From assembly GCA_963755915.1 (NCBI GenBank), contig CAVWLP010000002.1, positions 896,001-960,000 on the forward strand: a DNA stretch of 64,000 bases. The letters run 5' to 3'. The notes beneath the pieces were generated by a model. That model worked only from the letters and a program-made list of their open reading frames with translations, searched no databases and was not told the DNA's origin. Positions 21,448 to 31,485 of this stretch are shown in pieces. Position 1 is the stretch's first letter, and every line of letters starts with the position of its first letter. The stretch comes from an uncultured Phycisphaerales bacterium (GTDB taxonomy: Bacteria; Planctomycetota; Phycisphaerae; Tepidisphaerales; Tepidisphaeraceae). A program made the translations under genes and the position numbers.

Positions 21448-22125
21448 ATGGCCACAACAATTGCGCAAAACGGAGTCACGCGATACTTTCTCGAAGCCCT
21501 GGGCAAATTCGCCACGGCACGATTACGACAAGTCGGCGCCGCCCGAGTTCACCCCCAGTGGGAAGATCGCGCCGAGGTTTGCGAACGCTGCTCACTGCGC
21601 GTGGTGAGCTGCGGCGTTTCCTTTTGCGGAAACCCGTTCTTGAAGCAGTTAGACCGTGACCCGGCCGTCGATGGCTGCGGCTGCCCCTGCCGCGACAAGG
21701 CGAAGAGCCCCGGCGAACATTGCCCGGTGGATGCGCATTACCAGGCGGTGGGGGTTACGGAGGGGAAGTGCAATTGCAAATGGTGCCGGGCAAATTCGAA
21801 ACTCGAATCCCGGCGCCGGGACAAATCGAAATTCGAAGCTCGAAGAAGTCGGGGTGTAGCGCCCCACCGTTTAGCCGCAACCCCCGCAGGGGTGCGCTTT
21901 TCTCGCTTTCCCGGAATCCTGCCCCAATTCAAACCGGGTTCTCCCAGGGTATGTCCTTTATTTTGCGCAGTAGTTCGCAAATCTAGCCTGCACAAACAGC
22001 CAATCACTAAGCCGGTTCAGATACGTCAGCAGCGTCGGCGGAACCGGCCGATCATGCGAAAAATCCACCAGCACCCGTTCCGCTCGCCGGCAGACCGCCC
22101 GGGCAATATGAAGCCGGGCGGCTGA
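21448..22125 (+). CDS. small cysteine-rich protein; true 3' end uncertain
   Basis: 11 Cys within residues 45-113; the remainder runs through repeat DNA and overlaps the next gene. Confidence 0.55.
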   Translation: MATTIAQNGVTRYFLEALGKFATARLRQVGAARVHPQWEDRAEVCERCSLRVVSCGVSFCGNPFLKQLDRDPAVDGCGCPCRDKAKSPGEHCPVDAHYQAVGVTEGKCNCKWCRANSKLESRRRDKSKFEARRSRGVAPHRLAATPAGVRFSRFPGILPQFKPGSPRVCPLFCAVVRKSSLHKQPITKPVQIRQQRRRNRPIMRKIHQHPFRSPADRPGNMKPGG

Positions 22126-22467
22126 TTCGCCGCCGCCGGGCAGAATGAAATTTCTCAGGGGTTCCAACTTTTCCGTTGCCGCGTCGATTTCCATTTCCAG
22201 GCGGTCGATACTCGAGGATTCCAGTGAGGGCAGATGGGCCGGGTGCGGCCCATTGGCCGCAAGCTGCGACCCGACAATGAATAGCTCGTTTTGAATGGGC
22301 AGAAGCTTGGCGGCAAGCTCGGCCGATTGAACAGCCGCCCAGCCGATGACGGCATTAAGCTCATCGATGGCGCCCATGCAGGCGATGCGAGCGTCGGACT
22401 TGGGAACCCGGGAGCCGCCGATCAGCCCGGTGGAACCGTCGTCGCCGGCTTTGGTGTAGATCTTCAT
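21958..22467 (-). CDS. PduO-type ATP:cob(I)alamin adenosyltransferase
   Basis: MKIYTKAGDDGST, FILPGG, RAVCRRAER, YLNRLSDWLF. Confidence 0.92.
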   Translation of the reverse strand: MKIYTKAGDDGSTGLIGGSRVPKSDARIACMGAIDELNAVIGWAAVQSAELAAKLLPIQNELFIVGSQLAANGPHPAHLPSLESSSIDRLEMEIDAATEKLEPLRNFILPGGGESAARLHIARAVCRRAERVLVDFSHDRPVPPTLLTYLNRLSDWLFVQARFANYCAK

Positions 22468-22555
22468 TGGGGAGATTGTCTGCGGTTTTTGGGGGTTTGT
22501 CATGGGGCGGGGGAGCGCTCCCCTTCTGGTCGCGGCCAAACTAAAATGTAGGGGA

Positions 22556-23225
22556 ATGTCGGATGCATGGATTTTGGCGTGCTTCGTGCCAGCGGCCTAT
22601 TTGATCGGTTCGGTCCCCTTCGGCCTGCTCGTCGGCAAGGCCAAAGGAATCGATCCCCGCAAGGCAGGCAGCGGCAATATTGGCGCAACCAACGTCGGCA
22701 GACTCCTCGGCGGAAAATATTTCTGGCTCGTCTTCAGCCTCGACATGCTCAAAGGCGCACTCCCCGCTTTGGCAGCAGGAACAGTAATTGGCTATCGCAT
22801 CACTGATTGGGTGACCTGCCTCCTGTGGATGGCCGTCGCCGCCGCCGCGGTGCTGGGGCATATGTGCAGCCTCTTCCTGAAATTCAAAGGCGGCAAGGGC
22901 GTCGCCACCAGCGCGGGCATGATGATCGGCATCTTCCCCTTTTACACCCTGGCCCTGATCCCCGGCGCGATCGTCTTTGTGATCGCCTTCCTTTTGACCA
23001 AATACATCAGCGTAGGCTCGATCTCGGCGGCGTTTGCGTTTGCCGTTGGGTATATCATCATCGGATTGATCGAGCACTGGCCAATCACCGGCGCCCAGCT
23101 TCCCCTGCTCTGTTTTGCCCTGGCGCTGCCGGCACTGATCATCTATAAGCACCGCGGCAACATCGCCCGCCTGCGCCGGAACGGAGCCGCGATTTGCGGC
23201 AAAGGCATCATGCGAATCAAAGTGA
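22556..23225 (+). CDS. plsY: glycerol-3-phosphate acyltransferase; frameshift near 23175
   Basis: YLIGSVPFG, GSGNIGATN, FKGGKGVAT, HRGNIARL; GTEPRF tail in the shifted frame. Confidence 0.9.
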
Positions 23226-23407
23226 ACGGACAGGATTTTGAGGCTGCCGAGGGGGCGGATATTCATGCGCTGCTGAAGGCGCATAACCTGACGGCGGACA
23301 AGGTGGCCGTGGAGGTTAATCGGCGGCTGGTGAGGGGGGATAAGTATGATACGAAATTGAAGGGCGGGGATGAGGTGGAGATTGTGACGTTTGTGGGAGG
23401 GGGATAA
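23210..23407 (+). CDS. thiS: sulfur carrier protein ThiS
   Basis: MRIKVNG..VAVEVN..EIVTFVGGG-stop. Confidence 0.92.
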   Translation: MRIKVNGQDFEAAEGADIHALLKAHNLTADKVAVEVNRRLVRGDKYDTKLKGGDEVEIVTFVGGG

Positions 23408-23447
23408 ACGGCAAAAGCCAAATGCCGAATCTTGCTAAATTGGTCGA

Positions 23448-24164
23448 TCAGATTTTCGATTCAGCAAGGCTTGGCTCGCCTACGACAAATTCCGGATCGA
23501 GCAGAGTCAAGTCACGTTGAAATCTGTTCTTAAGGGATCTTTGAAATTCTCGACATCTTTCAACGTCATTTCGATCGAAAAGAGATTTTCCTCGATTCTT
23601 GGCGATTGTCTCAACAGACCTCTGGTCGAGCAGCTCCAATGCGGCGTTGAGCACACGGTCAATTTTGGTCACGCGGTCTCGCACGGTCTTAGACGGCATC
23701 CCTGGTGCCACTCCCCAGAACTGCCCCGCTTCTCGGAAATACTTTGGCTTGGATGGGTCGGACAGCCATGCTTTAAAAACAGGATGCTCCAATATCCCCG
23801 ATAGAAGCGATTCAAGTTCGCGGTCAGCCTTCTCGCGAGTGACTCCATCGCCCGGTTTAAGCTGCGAAGCCTCGTGAAGTCCTGCGGCGGCGAGCCGATA
23901 AATCATTGGCCTAACCCGCTCTATCAGGCCCTGCCCAACGAGGCCGATAGAACCACGCCGATTGAGTTCCTTATTAATCTTTTCGGCGTCCGGAAACTCG
24001 TTTTCGAATTTTCGCAGGCCCCATGCCGCTTTGTCTTGGCGCCAAGCTTCCACGAGCAGATCTTCCGCGGAAAAGGTTTTTCCCAGGTCGCCTCCCGTTA
24101 GGCGTAAAGCCGCGAGAAGAGCCTGATCACGTAAACCTAAGCCCTTGACATCAACGTCTGGCAT
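23448..24164 (-). CDS. hypothetical protein with possible winged-helix N-terminus (island gene 3)
   Basis: ATG at 24164 just downstream of the previous stop; GLVGQGLIERVRPMIYRL resembles a wHTH wing; lower GC by eye. Confidence 0.7.
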   Translation of the reverse strand: MPDVDVKGLGLRDQALLAALRLTGGDLGKTFSAEDLLVEAWRQDKAAWGLRKFENEFPDAEKINKELNRRGSIGLVGQGLIERVRPMIYRLAAAGLHEASQLKPGDGVTREKADRELESLLSGILEHPVFKAWLSDPSKPKYFREAGQFWGVAPGMPSKTVRDRVTKIDRVLNAALELLDQRSVETIAKNRGKSLFDRNDVERCREFQRSLKNRFQRDLTLLDPEFVVGEPSLAESKI

Positions 24165-24187
24165 ATCATTACCTAGCGTACGAACTT

Positions 24188-26534
24188 CTACGTTAACTCC
24201 TGTCCACTCGTGATGTAGGACTGAAGCTTTTCCCACATGGGCTGCATGAGAGACACCTGAAAGTTTTCGAGTGTGCGTTTATGGTTCGCCCAATATTCTA
24301 GCTTCTCATTCTCGCCCTTTCTGGTGAATTCTTCCATCATGTGCACCTGAGCTACCATCTCGATGAGCTTTTGAACGTGAAATGAGCGCCAACGAAGTAA
24401 ATCTTCATGGCGCGACTTGAAAAAATAAGAAGCTTCTGGGCTTCCCAAGTTCAACCACCAAATATTGGCCAACTCGTCACAAACCTCTTGCCAGAGTGTT
24501 GGCTGATCCGGGTTTGACGGACGAATTTTCCCAGTATCGGGATCGACGTCCTTGTCGGTGATGAGCAGTCGTGGAAATCCTCCGCCTCGCTGCCTCTCTT
24601 TCGGGTTAGGGATCACCGCGACTTCTGCTCGAATACGAGCCCAAATTCCGCCATTAGCCTCTTCCCCCGCGCCTGCGCTAATGGACGTGCGCCCGATCCG
24701 ATTCCCCGTGACTTGCCCCCACGGGGAAACTCTTACTATCAGCTGATCGGGGGCATCGTGTGCCCAGTTCAATAGAACATTCGTCGCGCGGTTGCCCTCA
24801 TCGTTCGTCACCTGAGCCGTAATCGGTTTGCGATTGCCAAGTGGGATTTCGAGCGTTCTTGGTGTTAGAAGTACGTGATCAACCAACCACACTTCGATTT
24901 CAACGCGAGGAGATTCGATCTTCTGGCCCTTCACGCGGCACCAGATATGGCATCCGCCTTTGCGCGACGCCGTCATTCGGTCACCCGAGTTGAACTCGAC
25001 GACGTGCCGATCGCTGGAGAACCACTCCAGGTCAACGTGGGGGACAGTCTTGCCGTCTCGGTCGCAGACACGGCTGCCCAGGATGCCGGACATCCCCGAC
25101 GTAACGCCGGCGCCGATTCTAAGTGGCTGCGCAGCGTCCCAACTAATAAACTCGATCGACTCAGGCGTTTCTCCGTAATCCCGCGCCGGGGGTGTAGGCC
25201 GGAAGATAGGCCCCTTGCCATCACCAGAGCCTGTCCCGTCGCCGCCCGGCCCCGCGCTTTCAAGAAATTGGTTCTTAAACCGGTCCAACGCGGCGTTCTC
25301 TCGCTGAACCTCATCCAACGTGTGATCGTCGAGTTCTTGGCGACGGTGTTCATTGATCTCTTTGGCCAGTTCTTTGATACAGTCGCAAATGAAGCGGTCT
25401 ACCGCCGAGACGAGAGGTCCGTCGTTAGGCGCACGCGCCCAAGAGCGACGTAGTCCGGCTCAAACGCGCCGAGCTCAACAACGCCGTAAATGAAATCAGA
25501 ACCGGGTATACCAGACGCGAAATCGGAAACTGGCTTTGAACCAATGATGTGATTATGGTTAGCTTTGTAAGTGACCTTCCATCGCGGCTTCAAATTCTTA
25601 TGAGCTGTGCGCATGTTCTGGCGTGAAGTGTAAAGCACGAGCCGCCCGCGACTCCGAGCGCCATTAAGCGTCGTGGACTGATCCACGCCGGCCTCGTCCT
25701 TTAACAGTTCGGGGATCTCATACGCCGGGCGAGTTCGAAGCCGGGATACGGCTCGATAGGCTCAAGCTGTAGTGGTTTACCTTCATTTAGAATCGTGCCA
25801 TTCCGGACAGCGAAGAGCCGAAATTGCTCAATAGCAGCCGTCGCTTGGTCATGCCGCAAGAGTTTCGTCGTGAGGTCTACTGGAATGCGGCCTTTGAAGA
25901 AATCTTTTGGATCTAGTCCTTCCACCAACGTGAAAGCTTGCCGCTTTTCTATCGCATCGGTCACCGCGTGAGGCAACTCCTCAGGCTGAATGTCGTACAC
26001 CTTTAGAGCCTCGCTCAATTCCGATCGCCACGACGCTACTGGCAAATCGCGTGCAGCGGCATCGCTCGGGATGAAGCCTGGGCAACCGCGTTCCAGCGAT
26101 TGAGGCGGTCCCTCAAAACCCTTGCAATTCAGTTTTCCGTCACGGATGCCGAGGATACGAGCGCGACCGTTGAAGAGCTTGTACATGTAGGCCTTGGCGC
26201 CGTTACCCTGGGTTTGTTCTTCCGGAAGCGAGGACCCGCGGCCAGAGGCCGTAAAATCTTGCCAAACGCTCCACCTAGTAACGTCTTCGAGCGTAGCGCC
26301 ACCAACGTCCAAAACACCCAATGCGGCCGGGCCTTCGTATTCGGCATCCTTCATTAGCAACACCGCAACGCGCAATTCTTCCGGAACGCTGGCGCGGTCG
26401 GATTGATAGGCGCGTCTTACATTTTTCAGCCATTCGGCGAGCCCCTCAGCGTGAGTGCTGATCCATCTTGTGAGTGAGCGAAGTGTCCCGAGTTCGTGAA
26501 ACTCGATGCCGTTCTCATCGCGTTCAATGCTCAT
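24188..26534 (-). CDS. GHKL (MORC/HSP90-like) ATPase with tandem Ig-like domains, about 780 aa; two frameshifts (island gene 2)
   Basis: EGLAEWLKN, LDVGG, QGNGAK motifs. The three listed ORFs join across 1-nt shifts near 25730 (YEIPELLKDEAGVDQST) and 25430 (PNDGPLVSAVDRF..LDEVQ). Confidence 0.7.
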
Positions 26535-26551
26535 AAATCCCACCTATATAA

Positions 26552-27169
26552 CTATTCCCCATTGGGCTGAGCCGGTAAACGTTCCCAGCGTGCTTGAACC
26601 TCTGCTCGCCACTCGGATGTTCCGGGAATCGAGTAGCCTTGACGCCCGTGTTGCTCCACTAGACCGCACTCGCGTAACCAGTTCAGGCAGAGATATGGCT
26701 GATAGGACGGAATTTCGCTGCCATCGCCCGTCGTCAGAGGCAAAACATCGTTCATCGAAAACTGCCTGCTTTTGCGGCTCGCTTTAACCAATGCCTCCAC
26801 CAGCGAGAATAACACTGCCTTGGGAGCCTTGTGCTCGTATTCCCCCTCTGATTTGGAATAGCCAACCTTAATCAGCCAGTCTTCTCGCCCATAAAATTTA
26901 GGGTACTCAGATCTTCGACCCCTCTTTCGCTTGAATGTTGCCGCGTCGGCTGCGCTAGGTTGGCCCTGCCCAGCCGCAACGCCCACCCCAATCTCTTGTG
27001 CGTGCCCTCCGATCGCCCTAGACCATTTGTCCGACAGAGCTCCAATCGCTCGCGCGATGTCCAAGACAGTGGCGGCGCGGTCATAGTTTCTCGACGAGGC
27101 ATATTCTCCGGACAGCTTCGCGAGCGATTCCTCAGCACCTACTAAGATTTCGTGAACCTTCTGATCCAT
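26552..27169 (-). CDS. hypothetical protein (island gene 1), possible C-terminal winged helix
   Basis: 205 aa ORF preceded by AT-rich promoter-like DNA; LNWLRECGLVEQHGRQGY. Confidence 0.7.
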   Translation of the reverse strand: MDQKVHEILVGAEESLAKLSGEYASSRNYDRAATVLDIARAIGALSDKWSRAIGGHAQEIGVGVAAGQGQPSAADAATFKRKRGRRSEYPKFYGREDWLIKVGYSKSEGEYEHKAPKAVLFSLVEALVKASRKSRQFSMNDVLPLTTGDGSEIPSYQPYLCLNWLRECGLVEQHGRQGYSIPGTSEWRAEVQARWERLPAQPNGE

Positions 27170-27413
27170 ACAGGGAAGAATAATACAACGAAAATACTAA
27201 TTGTCAAATAAAAAATACAGATAAAATACAGGCAAAATGCTCTTTGGGGCCGTCGCGGCCTCGAAACGAACAGTTTGGCCAGCGGCCATCTCTTCAACTG
27301 TTCGCCAATTTTGGCCCATGCCCCTATTTTGTTCGAGAGTGTCACTTTTTGTAACCTTTTGTCACCTCGTTTCGGCATTTGGCCTTCGGCCTTCGCCGTT
27401 CTAAAATCCCCCC

Positions 27414-28232
27414 ATGCACCCCCTCCGCATCGGCAAATTCGAACTCTCCAGCCGCCTGTTCGTCGGAACGGGCAAATACGCTTCGTACGAGATCATGCAG
27501 GAAGCCCTGGCCGCCAGCGGCTGCCAGGTGGTGACCGTCGCTGTGCGGCGGGAACGGCTGATCGATAAACAGGGGCGGTTGATCCTGGATTTCCTGGACC
27601 TGAGCAAATATGTCATTCTGCCGAACACGGCGGGTTGCTTCAGCGCGGAGGATGCGATCAGGGTGGCGCTGCTGGGGAGGGAACTGCTCGAGAAGCAAAA
27701 GAATCCGGGGGCGAACTGGGTGAAGCTAGAAGTGCTGGGGGATAAGAAGACGCTGTTGCCGGATCCGATGGGATCGCTCGAGGCGACCAAGGAGCTGGTA
27801 AAGGAAGGGTTCACGGTGTTGTGCTACAGCAGCGACGATCCGATCGCGGCCCGGCGGATCAAAGAAGCCGGTGCGGCGAGCGTAATGCCGGCGGGAAGCC
27901 CGATCGGGTCGGGGCAGGGCGTTTTGAATCCGCTGAATATTTCGCTTTGCCTGGAGACGCTGAAGGAGGGGGATAAGAATTATCCGGTGATTGTGGATGC
28001 GGGAGTGGGGACCGCGAGCGATGTGGCCGTGGCGATGGAGTTGGGAGCCGACGGTGTGCTGCTGAATACGGGGGTGGCGCACGCCAAGGATCCGGTGAAG
28101 ATGGCCGGCGCCATGAAGCTGGCGATCGAAGCGGGGAGATTGGCGTTTGAATCGGGGCGAATCGCCAAAAAGCGGTACGCGACGGCGAGCAGCCCGTTTG
28201 ATGGAGTGATCAGCTATATTCCAGGCGAGTGA
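27414..28232 (+). CDS. thiG: thiazole synthase
   Basis: [40 protein letters not shown]. Confidence 0.96.
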   Translation: MHPLRIGKFELSSRLFVGTGKYASYEIMQEALAASGCQVVTVAVRRERLIDKQGRLILDFLDLSKYVILPNTAGCFSAEDAIRVALLGRELLEKQKNPGANWVKLEVLGDKKTLLPDPMGSLEATKELVKEGFTVLCYSSDDPIAARRIKEAGAASVMPAGSPIGSGQGVLNPLNISLCLETLKEGDKNYPVIVDAGVGTASDVAVAMELGADGVLLNTGVAHAKDPVKMAGAMKLAIEAGRLAFESGRIAKKRYATASSPFDGVISYIPGE

Positions 28233-28236
28233 GGGC

Positions 28237-29025
28237 GTGACTGAGGATTCGGGCAACAATTCTACTGACGGCCCCCACCCTAACCCTCTCCCCGGAGGAC
28301 TGCGTCCCGCGTACCAGGGGAGGGGAGAAGAGTTGTGGCGGAAGTTGGCCGATAAGGCGGGGGTAACTCTTGGGGCTGACCAGATCTCGAAACTTCATCG
28401 GTATCTGGATTTGCTGCTCGAAGCCAATCAGCGGATGAATCTCACGCGAATTTCTGATCGCGGGGCGGCGGAGCTTTTGCATGTTGCGGATGCGCTAACG
28501 GTTCTTGGGCATCTGCCGGAGGCGGAGCATCGGCTGGCGGACCTGGGAAGCGGCGGCGGGGTGCCGGGGATTGTGCTGGGAATTGCGCGGCGAAATTGCG
28601 CGGTGACGCTGATCGAATCGACGCGAAAAAAGGCGGATTTTCTCCGCGAGGCGGTGAAGATATTGGGTTTGGAGAATGTGTCGGTAGCGGCAATCCGCGC
28701 CGAGGAGGCGGGGCGAGGGAAGATGCGGGAGGGGTTTGACGTGGTTGTAGCGCGGGCGGTAGGGGTTTTGCCGATCTTAGTCGAGTGGATGCTGCCTCTG
28801 GTGAAGGTTGGGGGCCAGGGTTTGGCGATGAAGGGGCCCAAGGGGCGGGAGGAAGTTGAGCAGACGAAGGGGGCGATAACGGCGCTGGGGGGCGGGAAGG
28901 TGGAGATCGTTTCAGCCGAACTGGAGGGGGCGGAGGGGCACGTGATTGTGAAAATCGGCAAGATACGGCCAACACCGGCCAGGTTTCCGCGGGATGCATC
29001 GATTTCCAAGGGAAAGCCGATATAG
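28237..29025 (+). CDS. rsmG: 16S rRNA m7G527 methyltransferase
   Basis: NQRMNLTRI, DLGSGGGVPG, IESTRKKADFL, VARAV. Confidence 0.92.
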   Translation: MTEDSGNNSTDGPHPNPLPGGLRPAYQGRGEELWRKLADKAGVTLGADQISKLHRYLDLLLEANQRMNLTRISDRGAAELLHVADALTVLGHLPEAEHRLADLGSGGGVPGIVLGIARRNCAVTLIESTRKKADFLREAVKILGLENVSVAAIRAEEAGRGKMREGFDVVVARAVGVLPILVEWMLPLVKVGGQGLAMKGPKGREEVEQTKGAITALGGGKVEIVSAELEGAEGHVIVKIGKIRPTPARFPRDASISKGKPI

Positions 29026-29131
29026 CAGTGGGTCAACTGGGCAATGTATGGATATAATTGGCAGACTGCCCACTGGGCAAGCGCCTCAAGGTTGACGTGC
29101 GCTTTCGAGCCGCCGCCAGGAAAGGTTTTCT

Positions 29132-29848
29132 ATGCTCGTGCTGACCCGCCAGCGAGATCAGATCATCATGATTGGGGATGACGTGGAGATTACCGTGGTT
29201 GATATCCGCGGCGACAAAGTGCGGCTGGGGATCACCGCGCCGATGAGTGTGAAGGTTTATCGGCGTGAGGTTTACGATCAGATTCGCGAGGAGAACCGGG
29301 CCGCGGCGCAGATGGTTCCGGCGGATCTGGTGAACATTCCAGCCACGCCCCCCCCGCCGGCGCCGGTGGCGATCGAGCCGCAGCGGGCGACGTTTCCGCG
29401 ACTGGCGGCCGAGAGCCGCGACCCGTTCATGCAGGCGGCGATTGATGAAGCCTTACTGGGCCTCAGCGAGGGAGGATTGCCGATCGGGTCGGTGCTGGCG
29501 CGCGGAAATCAGATTATCGGGCGCGGACACAATCGCCGCGTGCAGCGCGGGGATCCGATGGCCCATGCGGAGATCGATTGCCTGACGAATGCCGGGCGGC
29601 AGAAGACATATGCGGACACGGTGCTCTATTCGACGCTGATGCCCTGTTTTCTGTGCAGTGGAGCAGTCGTGCAGTTTGGCGTGCCGAGGGTGGTCGTGGG
29701 AGAGAGCGTAAATTTTGGAGGCGGGCCGGAGCTGATGCGCTCGAAGGGAATTGAAGTCGTGGATTTGCACGATCGGGATTGCATTGAAATGATGGGGCAA
29801 TTCATCCGGCAGCATCCGGAGCTTTGGAATGAGGATATCGGGAAGTAA
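29132..29848 (+). CDS. csrA: CsrA RNA-binding domain fused to a zinc-dependent cytosine/nucleoside deaminase
   Basis: MLVLTRQRDQIIMIGDDVEITVVDIRGDKVRLGITAP..VYRREVY, Pro-rich linker, then HAE..PCFLC and WNEDIG. Confidence 0.85.
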   Translation: MLVLTRQRDQIIMIGDDVEITVVDIRGDKVRLGITAPMSVKVYRREVYDQIREENRAAAQMVPADLVNIPATPPPPAPVAIEPQRATFPRLAAESRDPFMQAAIDEALLGLSEGGLPIGSVLARGNQIIGRGHNRRVQRGDPMAHAEIDCLTNAGRQKTYADTVLYSTLMPCFLCSGAVVQFGVPRVVVGESVNFGGGPELMRSKGIEVVDLHDRDCIEMMGQFIRQHPELWNEDIGK

Positions 29849-29927
29849 TTAACGTAAGCCGGACCGGCCCGGGGACGGGCCGGCTCATTTTCGGGGCAAT
29901 ACGGGATTGGAGATTCGGGGCCGGCAT

Positions 29928-30443
29928 ATGGTGGAGTTGCCCCCACAAAGTCGCATTTCGCTACGCGTGGACCGCGAGGGGATGACCATCGTTATTCCAA
30001 AGCCGATGGGGAAATCGAAGGGTAGCTGGGGGCTGGCGGCAATCGCAGCGTTTCTCACCGTTTCGTTTATCGTTCAGGGGCTTCTCAGCGGCAACCAGGC
30101 GTGGACAGGCGTGGGCCTGCTCTGCTTCATCGTAACGGCCTGGCAGCTCATGGCGCTGTGCGGACTGGCGGCAAGGGAGGATCAGACAAAATTGCAGGTT
30201 ACCGGCGAATATCTGGTGAGATTCGCGGGCCCGGCGGATAGCCCGCAGCGGACCGACTGGCAACGGGTGAAGGTATCGGAGCTGAGGGTCGAGAAGGAAT
30301 CAGAATCCAATCGCACCGGGCTGCGAATGCATTTCAAGGATAAGCAGGCGCCGGCGTGGCTGGTCATGGATGGGGATTCGCAGGAGCTGGACTGGGTGGC
30401 GGAGCAGATTCGTAAGAAATGGGGGATGGGAGGGGCGGTTTAA
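29928..30443 (+). CDS. hypothetical two-TM membrane protein
   Basis: Two hydrophobic helices followed by a soluble domain. Confidence 0.65.
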   Translation: MVELPPQSRISLRVDREGMTIVIPKPMGKSKGSWGLAAIAAFLTVSFIVQGLLSGNQAWTGVGLLCFIVTAWQLMALCGLAAREDQTKLQVTGEYLVRFAGPADSPQRTDWQRVKVSELRVEKESESNRTGLRMHFKDKQAPAWLVMDGDSQELDWVAEQIRKKWGMGGAV

Positions 30444-30502
30444 TTTAATCCGCGGCAAACAATCTGACCCTACCTTACCATTCGAACACCCAATAGAGGG
30501 CA

Positions 30503-31459
30503 TTGGAGGCAATCGTGAACCAAAGGACTTCAATGCGGTTCGTCACTGGCTCGACAAGCCTTTTCAATGAATTCGCTTTAATATTGGGCGGACTCGCGGC
30601 AGCAATCCTTCTTCCTGCCTCCGCGCGTGGCCAAATCTTCGCCAGCAACACCGCCCTCGGGACAATTGGTGAATACACCACGTCGGGAGTCCCAATAAAT
30701 CCCTCACTGATAACGGGGCTTGACGGCGCGGGAGCCATTGTCGCCTCTGGGTCGGACCTGTACTTCGTAACCAATAGCGGCACAACTGTCGACAAATACA
30801 CGACATCGGGGACCATCGTGCAGACCTTCAATGTTAACGGGTTGTCAGCAATATCCGGAATTGCAGTCTCCGGGTCTGATCTGTTCGTCGCGGAATCCCT
30901 CGGCGCCATCCTCGAGTATACCACTTCGGGAGTCCTCCTCAACCCATCGCTGGCCGTTTCGAGCGATCCTTCCAGCATCGCCGTATCCGGATCCGACCTG
31001 TATGTGACGAATCTGTTTGCCGGCACGATCAGCGAATACACAACCTCCGGAACCTCAGTAAACCCCTCACTTGTTTCCGGGCTGGACGATCCCTACGACA
31101 TTGCCGCACCGGGTTCGGATTTGTTTGTTCTCAACGAAGGAAGCGACACGATCAGCGAATTCAATACCTCGGGAGATCCCGTCGATACCGACCTGGTTTC
31201 GGGCCTCGATGGATCGGGTGGAATAGCCGTATCCGGATCCGGCCTGTTCTACGCAAGCTTTGCCGGCGGAACGATCAACCAGTACACCACGTCCGGGGAT
31301 CCCGTCGCGGCGCCTCTGATCTCTGGCCTGCCAGGGGTGCAGGACATCGCGGTTGTGCCCGAGCCAGCGATCGGATCAATCCTCCTGACCAGCGCCGTTG
31401 GAATCGTGATGCGCCGAGCGCCACAAGTTGGCCAGGGTTGCGAACGCCGCTTCAGATGA
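30503..31459 (+). CDS. PEP-CTERM protein with beta-propeller-like repeats
   Basis: Repeated TIxEYTTSGxxVNPSL/IAVSGSDL units; VPEP, hydrophobic stretch, RR. Confidence 0.85.
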   Translation: MEAIVNQRTSMRFVTGSTSLFNEFALILGGLAAAILLPASARGQIFASNTALGTIGEYTTSGVPINPSLITGLDGAGAIVASGSDLYFVTNSGTTVDKYTTSGTIVQTFNVNGLSAISGIAVSGSDLFVAESLGAILEYTTSGVLLNPSLAVSSDPSSIAVSGSDLYVTNLFAGTISEYTTSGTSVNPSLVSGLDDPYDIAAPGSDLFVLNEGSDTISEFNTSGDPVDTDLVSGLDGSGGIAVSGSGLFYASFAGGTINQYTTSGDPVAAPLISGLPGVQDIAVVPEPAIGSILLTSAVGIVMRRAPQVGQGCERRFR

Positions 31460-31485
31460 TACAGCCGGATGCAATACGGTCTAAC

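Noticed and set aside
22502-23407. Apparent PlsY-ThiS fusion ORF
   Set aside because: A shifted frame near 23175 restores the usual GTEPRF PlsY tail with a stop at 23225, and ThiS has its own ATG. Probably an indel artefact.
27335-27349. thiS 3'-end duplication on the far side of the GHKL island
   Set aside because: Only 12/15 nt match, and it is explained by a local 10-nt tandem repeat.
30444-31485. 3'-end duplication around the first PEP-CTERM gene or the TA cassettes
   Set aside because: I checked the flanks by eye and found no duplicated gene ends.
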